A stretch of 64,000 nucleotides of DNA from an uncultured Chloroflexia bacterium (GCA_963700285.1 CAVOXA010000001.1:1088001-1152000); one strand, 5' to 3'. Shown: positions 10,380 to 17,997, counted from the first letter of the stretch. The notes: generated by a model not told the origin, from the sequence alone. Numbers and translations: made by a program.

Positions 10380-11333
10380 GTGAGCGTTGACACAGCGATC
10401 TCACTTGCCGAGATCACAGCAGGACAAGAGTTGGAAGGCGCGGTCAAGCGGGTAACCCTTTCCGGTGCCATAGTGGACGTAGGTGCGCAGGTGGATGGTC
10501 TGTTGCACATCTCTGATTTGGGAGACAAGTCGGTCACCCGAACCTCCGACAAGCTGGCCGTGGGCCAGACGGTGGCGGTATGGGTCAAGCGGGTGGATCT
10601 GACCGGCGGACGCCTCAGTCTCACCATGGTGCAACCGCCCAAGTTCACCTGGAGTGATCTGAAGCCTGGCCTCAAGACCCAGGGTAAGGTCGTCCGTCTT
10701 GAAAAATTTGGCGCCTTTGTGGACATTGGCGCCGAGACGGATGGGCTGGTACACATCTCCGAGATGGGGACCGGCCGGGTCAGCAAGCCGTCCGATGTCG
10801 TGTCTGAGGGTGACATGATCACGGTTTGGATCAAGGATGCCGATCGCAAATCACGGCGCATCAGCCTGTCCATGCTAGAGCCGCCGGCAGTTGACATCCG
10901 GAGCCTACAGCCAGAGGCGGTGCTCACCGGAAAAGTCGTGCGTCTCGAGAGCTTTGGCGCCTTTGTAGACATTGGCGCCGGGCGCGATGGCATGATCCAT
11001 GTGTCCGAGATGGGACGTGGCTATGTTGGCAACCCCTCCGAGATCATGTCGGTGGGTGACGAGATCCAGGTCCGGGTGATGGAGGTGGATGCTCGACGGG
11101 GCCGCATTTCTCTGAGTATGAAGGATTTGCCGACCGAGGCATACGTCATGGAAGAGGAGCAGGAAGAACTGCCCAGTTCTATGGAGTTGGCTTTGCGCGA
11201 TGCTATGGAGAGGGATGGAATGCCGCTTCCTTCCAAGAAGCAGCAGCAACGGCATCAAAAGAAATCGAAACGACGGCGTACTTGGGATGAGGATGATCTC
11301 TATGCCCGGACGCTGAGCATGCACCAGGACTAG
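10380..11333 (+). CDS. S1 RNA-binding domain protein (three S1 domains, bS1-like)
   Basis: Three GxV...FGAFVDIG...DGL(V/L)HISE repeats. Real start is GTG 10380 downstream of the promoter, not 9831. Confidence 0.9.
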   Translation: MSVDTAISLAEITAGQELEGAVKRVTLSGAIVDVGAQVDGLLHISDLGDKSVTRTSDKLAVGQTVAVWVKRVDLTGGRLSLTMVQPPKFTWSDLKPGLKTQGKVVRLEKFGAFVDIGAETDGLVHISEMGTGRVSKPSDVVSEGDMITVWIKDADRKSRRISLSMLEPPAVDIRSLQPEAVLTGKVVRLESFGAFVDIGAGRDGMIHVSEMGRGYVGNPSEIMSVGDEIQVRVMEVDARRGRISLSMKDLPTEAYVMEEEQEELPSSMELALRDAMERDGMPLPSKKQQQRHQKKSKRRRTWDEDDLYARTLSMHQD

Positions 11334-11371
11334 ATACTGCGCCGGCCTTCTCGTACTTCTGGATGACTCTC

Positions 11372-11404
11372 AGCCCTTTCCTTTTGCATGGAAGGGGCTT
11401 TTTG
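11372..11404 (+). terminator. Intrinsic terminator
   Basis: AGCCCTTTCC...GGAAGGGGCT followed by a T run. Confidence 0.75.
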
Positions 11405-11433
11405 TATGCACGAGAGATTCTTTGCAGCAAAGG

Positions 11434-12069
11434 CTAGAACTCGGCAGCGCTCCCCTTGTTGGCAGTGGCCACGATGAGACGCAAGAACCCACCGAGCTTG
11501 CTATCTACCCGCTCAACCAGGAATCCAGCCTGGACCAGGTTCTCTTCTGTCTCCCGGTTCAGGTGGCACCGTCCGTTGAATGCGTACCAGGGGATGTTCG
11601 CCAGATCCGATATCTGGGCCAGACCGGCGCGGTGGGGTCGCATGTGCTCCAGGAGGAGTAATTGCCCTCCGGGCGTCGTGAGCACGCGCATCAGCTCGTT
11701 CAAGGTACGCCGCTGATCGACGACGCTGCACAGCACCAGACTGGCCACGACGTAATCAAAGCAGCCTGCCGGAAAGGTCAGGTTTTCCACATCAGATTGG
11801 CTAAAGCGCACAGGGAGTTTGAGTGCCTGCGCTCGCTGCGCAGCAAAGCCCAACATATCGGCGCTTTCGTCGATAGCGGTCAGGCAAACTGAGGGGTGGT
11901 AGAAAGGTAGATTGGCCCCGGTACCCACACCGATCTCCAGTACCTTGCCCCGGGCCCGTGGGAGAAGCTGGCTCCGCAGCTCCCGCAGCCACAGTTTTTC
12001 CAGGGGTGCCATGCCCCGGTCATAGGGCGCGGCGATACGATCGAACGTATTACTCTCAGTCTGTGCCAT
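11434..12069 (-). CDS. Class I SAM-dependent methyltransferase
   Basis: VLEIGVGTG motif I, FDYVVASLVLCSV, LLEH, GRCHLNR. Confidence 0.9.
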   Translation of the reverse strand: MAQTESNTFDRIAAPYDRGMAPLEKLWLRELRSQLLPRARGKVLEIGVGTGANLPFYHPSVCLTAIDESADMLGFAAQRAQALKLPVRFSQSDVENLTFPAGCFDYVVASLVLCSVVDQRRTLNELMRVLTTPGGQLLLLEHMRPHRAGLAQISDLANIPWYAFNGRCHLNRETEENLVQAGFLVERVDSKLGGFLRLIVATANKGSAAEF

Positions 12070-12217
12070 TCGAGCCCTGCGCCGTCAGCATCGCCAGCTC
12101 TTCCTCAAGATCCTCAAGTTCAATGATCATGGCTGCTGGCACTGAATGTTTGGGGAGTCGGGCCTCCAGTTCGGCGATCTGTTTCTTCAGTTGGGCGATC
12201 CGTTCATCCTTGCTCAT
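12056..12217 (-). CDS. Small conserved coiled-coil protein (53 aa)
   Basis: MSKDERIAQLKKQIAELEARLPKHSVPAAMIIELEDLEEEL. AGGAG RBS upstream. Overlaps the methyltransferase start. Confidence 0.75.
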   Translation of the reverse strand: MSKDERIAQLKKQIAELEARLPKHSVPAAMIIELEDLEEELAMLTAQGSNGTD

Positions 12218-12302
12218 GGCCACTTCTCCTACCGTTGGCGTGTGGCTATCGGGTGCCAAGACCCCAGGCGGGAACCAACACTTGACTTTACGTGTTGTGA
12301 AC

Positions 12303-12331
12303 TTGACAGGCCCGCAACCCTCTGCTATACT
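12303..12331 (+). promoter_or_regulatory. Sigma70 promoter of the thioredoxin/selenoprotein operon
   Basis: TTGACA (12303-12308), 17 nt, TGC-TATACT (12326-12331). Confidence 0.8.
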
Positions 12332-12338
12332 GTAGCCG

Positions 12339-12355
12339 ATACCCCTATGGGGTAT
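12339..12355. promoter_or_regulatory. CsoR/RcnR-family operator
   Basis: Perfect inverted repeat ATACCCC-TAT-GGGGTAT with the family's C-tract/G-tract layout. A CsoR-family gene lies in the downstream operon. Confidence 0.85.
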
Positions 12356-12370
12356 GTCGGTTTGATGCAT

Positions 12371-12399
12371 ATCTTATCACGATACAGGCTTTTTGTCAA
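12371..12399 (-). promoter_or_regulatory. Face-to-face sigma70 promoter for the small-protein/methyltransferase operon
   Basis: Minus strand TTGACA (12399-12394), 17 nt, TGA-TAAGAT (12376-12371). Confidence 0.65.
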
Positions 12400-12438
12400 C
12401 GTTGCGGATGGTTGATGGGCCGAGAACTGGAGGGGCTG

Positions 12439-12909
12439 GTGTCTGGTCTGCTACAAAGGTTGTTTGGCAAGAAAGAGGATGGGAAATCAGAGGCTGTTGC
12501 GACCGCTAGCAGTGAGTCGGTTGGTAATGGGAACAGCGACTCTGATGCCACGGGTGATCTGGATGCCGGCGCGACCGTGTCTGATGCCGAGCCGATCCAT
12601 GTTACGGATGAGAATTTTGACGAGATGGTAGGGAATTCGCGCTTGCCCGTGTTGGTTGATTTCTGGGCGCCCTGGTGTGGTCCGTGTCGCATGGTAGCCC
12701 CGGTGGTAGAAGACCTGGCCAGGGCTTACGATGGACGGGCGTTGATGGCCAAAGTGAACACCGATGAGAATGTGCAGGTGGCCAGCAACCTGGACATCAT
12801 GGGCATCCCAACGTTGATCCTGTTCAAGGATGGACAGGAGATTGATCGGGTGGTCGGTTACGTTCCCCAGCGCGTGCTTGAAGAAAAGCTGAACGCGGCG
12901 TTAAACTAG
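12439..12909 (+). CDS. trxA: Thioredoxin with N-terminal low-complexity extension
   Basis: VDFWAPWCGPCR, IMGIPTL cis-Pro loop, FKDG. GTG start at 12439 after GGAGG. Confidence 0.9.
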   Translation: MSGLLQRLFGKKEDGKSEAVATASSESVGNGNSDSDATGDLDAGATVSDAEPIHVTDENFDEMVGNSRLPVLVDFWAPWCGPCRMVAPVVEDLARAYDGRALMAKVNTDENVQVASNLDIMGIPTLILFKDGQEIDRVVGYVPQRVLEEKLNAALN

Positions 12910-12918
12910 GAGGTCTGG

Positions 12919-13350
12919 GTGCACGCTTTTCGGGACAAGACGGGTCGTTTTTTCAGGGAGAATTGGCTCTTTCTGCTCGTCGTTGGTGGAGTCATTGCGG
13001 CATTCCTGGCGCTCCGTACTCCTGCCAGCGCTGTGGGCTCTGTCGCTGAAGTTGATGCTCTGTTGCAGAATGGGCAGCCAACCTTCGTCGAGTTTTATTC
13101 CAACACTTGAGGCTCCTGCCTTTTGGCAAAGCCTGTCGTGGACAGGCTGGAGCGAGATCTGGAGGGAGAAGCACGGGTGCTGCGCCTAAGTGCCTGGGAT
13201 TCAGTGGGCCGCCAGCTCGCCTCGCGCTATGGCGTGCGCGGCGTCCCCACGTTCTTGCTGTTTGATGGTTCGGGACACATGGTCCACTACCAGGTGGGGC
13301 GCCTGGACGCGGACCAAGTCAAGGCTCAGATCAACTTATTGGGGAGGTGA
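12919..13350 (+). CDS. Membrane-anchored thioredoxin-like selenoprotein (UxxC; TGA 13108-13110 read as Sec64; 143 aa)
   Basis: ORFs 12919..13110 and 13123..13350 share one frame. Readthrough gives FVEFYSNT-U-GSC-LLAKPVVD...GVRGVPTF, placing U at the attacking Cys of a Trx fold. SECIS-like hairpin follows. Confidence 0.9.
13112..13153 (+). promoter_or_regulatory. Putative bacterial SECIS 1
   Basis: AGCCTGTC-GTG-GACAGGCT (13130-13148), loop 27 nt after the TGA. Lower stem GCTCC/GGAGC. Confidence 0.75.
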
Positions 13351-13354
13351 ACCT

Positions 13355-13579
13355 GTGCCCATCTACGAGTATACCTGCGGAGATTGTCACGAGCAGTTTG
13401 AAAAGTTTGTGCGTTCCATGACGTCGACCGTTGAGGTCAAATGCCCCGTATGCGGGGGAACGCACGTCAAGAAGGGGTGGTCCACATTTGGCACGGGAAA
13501 TGCCGGCTCGGGCTTTAATCTAGCGACATCCGCAGCCAGCAACTGCAGCCCAGGTGGCACCTGAGGCATTCCTCGCTGA
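13355..13579 (+). CDS. FmdB-family zinc-ribbon protein with putative C-terminal Sec (TGA 13562-13564; ...NCSPGGT-U-GIPR)
   Basis: MPIYEYTCGDC...KCPVCG is the FmdB signature. GGAGG RBS precedes GTG 13355. The gene is certain to 13564; the extension rests on the SECIS-like hairpin. Confidence 0.75.
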
Positions 13580-13595
13580 GAGCCGTGGGCTCTCA
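13577..13595 (+). promoter_or_regulatory. Putative bacterial SECIS 2
   Basis: TGAGAGCC-GTG-GGCTCTCA, loop 20 nt after TGA 13564. No U-tract, so not a terminator. Confidence 0.65.
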
Positions 13596-13653
13596 TATTC
13601 CACAAGTTTCTGCTTTGTTCGATGAAGTTGGGGTTGAGAAGGTGAAGTGGGCT

Positions 13654-13947
13654 ATGGTGCTATCGTCTGAGACTCGGGAAGACATGTTGGCCAGGATGCG
13701 ACGCATCGAAGGGCAGGCCCGCGGCGTGGAGAGGATGATCGCCGAGGACAGAGATTGCCTGGACATACTGACACAGCTGGCCTCGCTGCGTTCGGCGGCC
13801 TACAGCGTCAGCGTCGCATTGACGCAGCACTTTGCCCTCCAATTTGTCCGCGATAGCCGCCAACAAGGCCTGCCTCCCGACCAACAACAGCTTCCTGACG
13901 ATGCCATGCGAAACCTGGTGGACGTGCTGCTGCGGACACCACACTGA
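13654..13947 (+). CDS. CsoR/RcnR-family metal/sulfur-sensing transcriptional repressor
   Basis: RMRRIEGQARGVERMIAEDRDCLDILTQLAS family signature. Confidence 0.9.
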   Translation: MVLSSETREDMLARMRRIEGQARGVERMIAEDRDCLDILTQLASLRSAAYSVSVALTQHFALQFVRDSRQQGLPPDQQQLPDDAMRNLVDVLLRTPH

Positions 13948-13959
13948 CCACTGAAAGGG

Positions 13960-14136
13960 ATGGGTATTGTGGAGATTTTTGGCTTGAGTGCGGATGTGAT
14001 TCTGGTAATAGGGCTTCTGATAGGTTGGGTGGTGCTGATGCGCTTTGTCCTGCCCCGATTTGGGGTTTCGACCTGAATGAGCGAGTCCTGCGACGCGGCG
14101 TCGCCGCGTGAGGAAAAAGACCAAGTCGCAGATTGA
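13960..14136 (+). CDS. Small single-pass membrane selenoprotein (58 aa; TGA 14074-14076 read as Sec)
   Basis: Absent from the ORF track. Translates MGIVEIFGLSADVILVIGLLIGWVVLMRFVLPRFGVST-U-MSESCDAASPREEKDQVAD*. Start may be GTG 13969. SECIS-like hairpin follows the TGA and the operon terminator follows the final stop. Confidence 0.7.
14086..14114 (+). promoter_or_regulatory. Putative bacterial SECIS 3
   Basis: ACGCGGC-GTC-GCCGCGT (14093-14109), loop 23 nt after the TGA. Outer TCCT/AGGA pairing. Confidence 0.65.
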
Positions 14137-14160
14137 ATGGAACTCTTTGCATTTTGTCTG

Positions 14161-14196
14161 AAAAGGGCGGTATCTGATACTGATACCGCCCTTTTT
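14161..14196 (+). terminator. Intrinsic (bidirectional-type) terminator closing the operon
   Basis: AAAAGGGCGGTATC-tgatact-GATACCGCCCTTTTT. Confidence 0.85.
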
Positions 14197-14231
14197 GTTC
14201 ACACCAGTTGCGCAAAAGAATTTCACCTTGA

Positions 14232-14260
14232 TTGACAAAGGCCGGCAACCATGGTACAAT
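14232..14260 (+). promoter_or_regulatory. Sigma70 promoter
   Basis: TTGACA (14232-14237), 17 nt, TGG-TACAAT (14255-14260). Confidence 0.75.
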
Positions 14261-14316
14261 AGAGGCTGGTGAAAGAGGCCATAAGCGGTTTCACGAGTGG
14301 AGGAGGAGGGAGGGTT

Positions 14317-14757
14317 ATGCTGAATGAGAATCGACCGGTCTACACGATAGGCACAGCGGCCGAACTCTTGAGTGTTCATCCACGCACACTGCGCCTGTAC
14401 GAGGATGCGGGGCTGATTCGCCCGGCGCGCAAGAACAATCGCCGTTTCTATTCGGCCACCGACCTGGAATGGATCAATTGTGTGCGCTACATGATCCACG
14501 AACAGGGACTGAATCAGGAGGGGCTCCGGCGCTTGCTGGCGCTAATTCCTTGCTGGGAGATCAATGCCTGCCCACCGGAGAGCAAGGCCAACTGTTCTGC
14601 TTGGTCAGATCGCACGACGCCCTGTTGGGACCTGGCCCGTACAAGCAGGGCCGAGTCGAAAAAGTGCCACGAGTGCCAAGTCTATCTATCTGCCAGAGAC
14701 CACTTGATGGGTGAGGCAGAGATGGAGGCTGCGCTGAACTATGCAGCGGCCAGTTGA
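14317..14757 (+). CDS. MerR-family (HspR-like HTH) regulator with Cys-rich C-terminal domain
   Basis: YTIGTAAELLSVHPRTLRLYE...RRFYS HTH. Tail PCWEINAC...C...PCW...CHECQVY. Confidence 0.85.
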   Translation: MLNENRPVYTIGTAAELLSVHPRTLRLYEDAGLIRPARKNNRRFYSATDLEWINCVRYMIHEQGLNQEGLRRLLALIPCWEINACPPESKANCSAWSDRTTPCWDLARTSRAESKKCHECQVYLSARDHLMGEAEMEAALNYAAAS

Positions 14758-14822
14758 ATGCTGCCACGGCAGACCAGTGCAGAGGACCGGCTAGAATCTT
14801 CTACCCGGTCCTTTTCTATTTC

Positions 14823-15218
14823 TTATCCCTCGAAACTTGCTGCCGTGTCAGGCGGGGCATAGGCTTCGTCTGGCAGCGTGGGAGGTGCATAGGCTGGTGC
14901 TGGCGGCGTGTACTGTTGTTGGACAAAGTAAGCCGTTCGCCGTGTATTCTCCTCGATGCACAAAAAGAGATAGACCGCCTCGCCCATGGCGTAAAAGAGT
15001 AGGAAAATGACAATGGCAACGATTACGGCCACGACAAAGCCAGAGATGCCCGCCAGTGGGCCGCCAAGGTCGATACCTGGAATCCCCAAACGTTGGTTCA
15101 GTGCGAAACCAAATACCAATGCACCGATGGCGGCCAGTACACCTACGATCAGGAACAGCCAGGCCATGATTTTCAGGATGGTACCAACAACGCGCAGAGC
15201 TGTGAATTGCCTTGCCAT
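14823..15218 (-). CDS. Two-TM membrane protein of unknown function
   Basis: Two long hydrophobic helices, GE.....IEENTR motif, AAGGAG RBS. Confidence 0.75.
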   Translation of the reverse strand: MARQFTALRVVGTILKIMAWLFLIVGVLAAIGALVFGFALNQRLGIPGIDLGGPLAGISGFVVAVIVAIVIFLLFYAMGEAVYLFLCIEENTRRTAYFVQQQYTPPAPAYAPPTLPDEAYAPPDTAASFEG

Positions 15219-15466
15219 GAAGCGTGTCTCCTTTCAACAATTCTCTGTGCCGAGTTGTATCATTATAGCACAGAAGTGTTGGAAAGACAAATGGCCTGAT
15301 AGGTGATTTGCAGAATCGCTAGCCTGGCGTCTCAAAACACCAGTGAGAACCATTAATCACCAGAAACGAATTGAAATGTTTTGTGCGGGCGCTGATTCAG
15401 CACGCACTACAACTGAGAGCAGCTCTGGGTACCTGAGCATCCTCCCGTCTCCAGCCCTGGTCTTGC

Positions 15467-15820
15467 TTATGTACCCTCCGCCTCGGGTTCAGCCGGCACT
15501 GTCGGGCGGTAGCGATGCCGATCTCGGCGCCAAACCTTGGCCAGGACTCCCTCCAGGCTCTCCCCCAGATCGACGTTTTCAGAATTGGCCAGGCAGAGGA
15601 CGGCAAATAGAATGTCGGCCAGTTCCTCGCCCAGCTCCTGGGCCGCTTCCATCGGTTTCTTGGGCTTGGGACCATAGATATGGTTGATCAAACGCGCCAA
15701 TTCCCCCACTTCCTCGCTGATACGCGCCAGGTTGGCATGGGGTGACCAGTAGCCGCCGCCTACAGCCTGCACCCACTGGTCCACGTCTTCCTGTAGCTCC
15801 TTGATCGTCCTGCCAGGCAT
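15467..15820 (-). CDS. MazG-like nucleotide pyrophosphohydrolase (YpjD type)
   Basis: TIKELQEDVDQW, EEVGELAR, YGPKPKK, EELADILF, RDRHR. Start is ATG 15820. Confidence 0.9.
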   Translation of the reverse strand: MPGRTIKELQEDVDQWVQAVGGGYWSPHANLARISEEVGELARLINHIYGPKPKKPMEAAQELGEELADILFAVLCLANSENVDLGESLEGVLAKVWRRDRHRYRPTVPAEPEAEGT

Positions 15821-16077
15821 ATCGTTATCCCTCTCGAAGGTTCTAATCTGGGCCTTCCTTGGGCGTGTGTTTCCACGCCCGCTTATTGTAACACAATCTG
15901 GGATAGGGCCCAAGTCGCCCGTCCCACACCAATGACCCACATGGTTGGGTGGAACCTCGCAGGAAAAGGCGTCACCGTTTCGTTGACCTTCTTCGAAAGT
16001 AGCCAATTTGGCTACTTTTGTGCTACAATGTGGCTGTGCCTTGTGGTTGACAGTCAGCCGCCAGTTGCGGCGGGGGA

Positions 16078-16800
16078 GTGGACAGGTACATGGACGGAAG
16101 CAAGATTCTCGTGATTGAAGACGATCCCGATCTAGCGAGTTTGTTGGCCCAGGCTCTTTCCAGGATGGGGGCCCAAGTCTATACGGCTCCTGACGGACTG
16201 GACGGCCTGCGCGCATTCTATGCTCAACAGCCTGATCTGGTGATCCTCGATGTGATCATGCCCGTCATGGATGGCTGGCAGACCCTGTCCCGCATCCGCG
16301 AGCTTTCTGATGTGCCCATTATCATGCTGACAGTTCAGGCTTCGGAAGCGGAGATTGTCCGGGGGTTGGACCGCGGCGCAATGGACTATGTCACCAAACC
16401 ATTCAGCATGCGGGTTCTGATCGCGCGCATCCAGGCTGCTCTGCGGGTGGCTGAACTGCGCCCCGGGGCCACCAAATCTGCCCGTTATGATGATGGCTAT
16501 CTGCGCATCGATTTGGTGGATCGCAGGGTCATAGCGGGCGGGGAGCTGGCGCCCCTGACCGAGACCGAGTACCGGCTGCTGGCTTACCTGGTCGAGAATG
16601 CGGGCCAGGTGCTGAGCCAGCAGCAGATCGTCAAGCAGGTCTGGGGGCCAGAGTATTCTGAGGACGTCCACTATGTCCGGACCTACATCAGACGCCTGCG
16701 GCAAAAGGTAGAGCCAGAACCCACAAACCCCTCCTATGTGATGACTGCTCGGGGCGCAGGCTATTACTTTGAAGGGCAAAGCCCCAACCGGGCGCCCTGA
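16078..16800 (+). CDS. OmpR-family response regulator
   Basis: ILVIEDD, PDLVILDVIMP, DYVTKPF, LTETEYRLL, winged helix with GAGYYF. Confidence 0.92.
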   Translation: MDRYMDGSKILVIEDDPDLASLLAQALSRMGAQVYTAPDGLDGLRAFYAQQPDLVILDVIMPVMDGWQTLSRIRELSDVPIIMLTVQASEAEIVRGLDRGAMDYVTKPFSMRVLIARIQAALRVAELRPGATKSARYDDGYLRIDLVDRRVIAGGELAPLTETEYRLLAYLVENAGQVLSQQQIVKQVWGPEYSEDVHYVRTYIRRLRQKVEPEPTNPSYVMTARGAGYYFEGQSPNRAP

Positions 16801-16966
16801 ATAGAGGGCCGCTCCACACTTTGTAACCAGAAATATACCCCCTGCTAACCCAAAATAAACCTTCCTGTGGTACCATTTGCCCATAGAACGCTGGATTCCC
16901 TCCCCTTTTCGGACTGCATGGGTGAGGTGGACTGCCTGGCCAGTCAGACTGAGGGGCAGAGGTGCG

Positions 16967-17671
16967 ATGCGCGGACACAAGGTTCTCCTTGTCGACGATG
17001 ATCCTGACCTGCTTCGGCTGCTGGAGCAGTCGTTCTCCAAGGCCGGCGCAGAGGTCCATACGGCCCCTGATGGCCAGGAGGGACTGCGCCGGTTCCACGC
17101 CTGCCGGCCTGATCTGGTTGTCCTGGACATCATGATGCCCGAACTGAACGGCTGGCAGGCCTGCTCCCGCATCCGCGATACCTCCGACGTGCCGATCATC
17201 ATGCTCTCTGTCCAGGGGGCGGAAGACGACGTAGTCCGGGGCCTGCAGTGTGGCGCTGTCGACTATGTGGCCAAGCCTTTCAGCGTCCCTGTTCTGCTGG
17301 CCAGGGCCCGCGCGGCGCTCCGGGAGGCTGCACCGGCCTCTGGAACGGGGACCAATGGTTTCTATGATGATGGTCGCCTGAGCATCGATGTGGGCCGGCG
17401 GCGGGTCATGGTCCATGGAGCACTGGTGGACCTGACAGCCACCGAATACCGGCTGTTGGTCGAGCTATTCGGGAACGCGGGCCGGGTACTGACCTACGAC
17501 CAGATCCTGGAGGCGGTCTGGGGGCGCGAATACCGGGACAGCCCCCACTATGTCCACATCTATGTCTATCGCCTGCGGCAGAGACTGGAGGAGGACCCCG
17601 GGCAGCCCAAATACCTGCAGACCGAGCACGGCATGGGCTACCGCTTCGAGAAGCAGGCCAGGCGCCCCTAG
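16967..17671 (+). CDS. OmpR-family response regulator (tandem paralog)
   Basis: VLLVDDD, PDLVVLDIMMP, DYVAKPF, LTATEYRLL, GMGYRF. Start is ATG 16967. Confidence 0.92.
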   Translation: MRGHKVLLVDDDPDLLRLLEQSFSKAGAEVHTAPDGQEGLRRFHACRPDLVVLDIMMPELNGWQACSRIRDTSDVPIIMLSVQGAEDDVVRGLQCGAVDYVAKPFSVPVLLARARAALREAAPASGTGTNGFYDDGRLSIDVGRRRVMVHGALVDLTATEYRLLVELFGNAGRVLTYDQILEAVWGREYRDSPHYVHIYVYRLRQRLEEDPGQPKYLQTEHGMGYRFEKQARRP

Positions 17672-17997
17672 TCTCCCTCACTCCGAATGTTGGCCCACCC
17701 CCCCAACCGCGGGACCGGCCGCATCTGCCAGCAGGACTCTGCACGCCCGAACCTGTGGGCACACGGCGAGGGCCAGCGATCCAATGACCTCTATTTTCCG
17801 ATGATCGCGGTCACCCAGTACTACAAGGCGTGACGCGAGCAACCGTCCCATGTTTAGCCCCGTTGCACGCTGCCGGCGCCGAGACCAGATGGAAACTCCA
17901 GAAACCATTTGATCCAGGTGCGTACGAATCCCTTCGTGTAAAGAGCTGCTTGACGAGACGCCGTACTGGCGTCCAGTCTATCGCCAAGCTCGGGCGT

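Noticed and set aside
10380-11130. Nucleotide repeats (TTTGGCGCCTTTGT.GACATTGGCGCCG) as a mobile or regulatory repeat
   Set aside because: Explained by the tandem S1 domains of the protein.
13577-13579. Second Sec at the next TGA of the FmdB gene
   Set aside because: It lies in the hairpin stem only 5 nt from the loop, too close for SelB-type decoding, so it is treated as the stop.
13945-13959. Sec readthrough fusing the CsoR protein to the microprotein
   Set aside because: The TGA is in frame, but no comparable hairpin follows, the CsoR domain is complete, and the microprotein has its own RBS-like GAAAGGGA.
15821-16216. Long N-terminal extension of the MazG-like ORF
   Set aside because: It overlaps the divergent promoter region and the response regulator. 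Family homology starts at ATG 15820.
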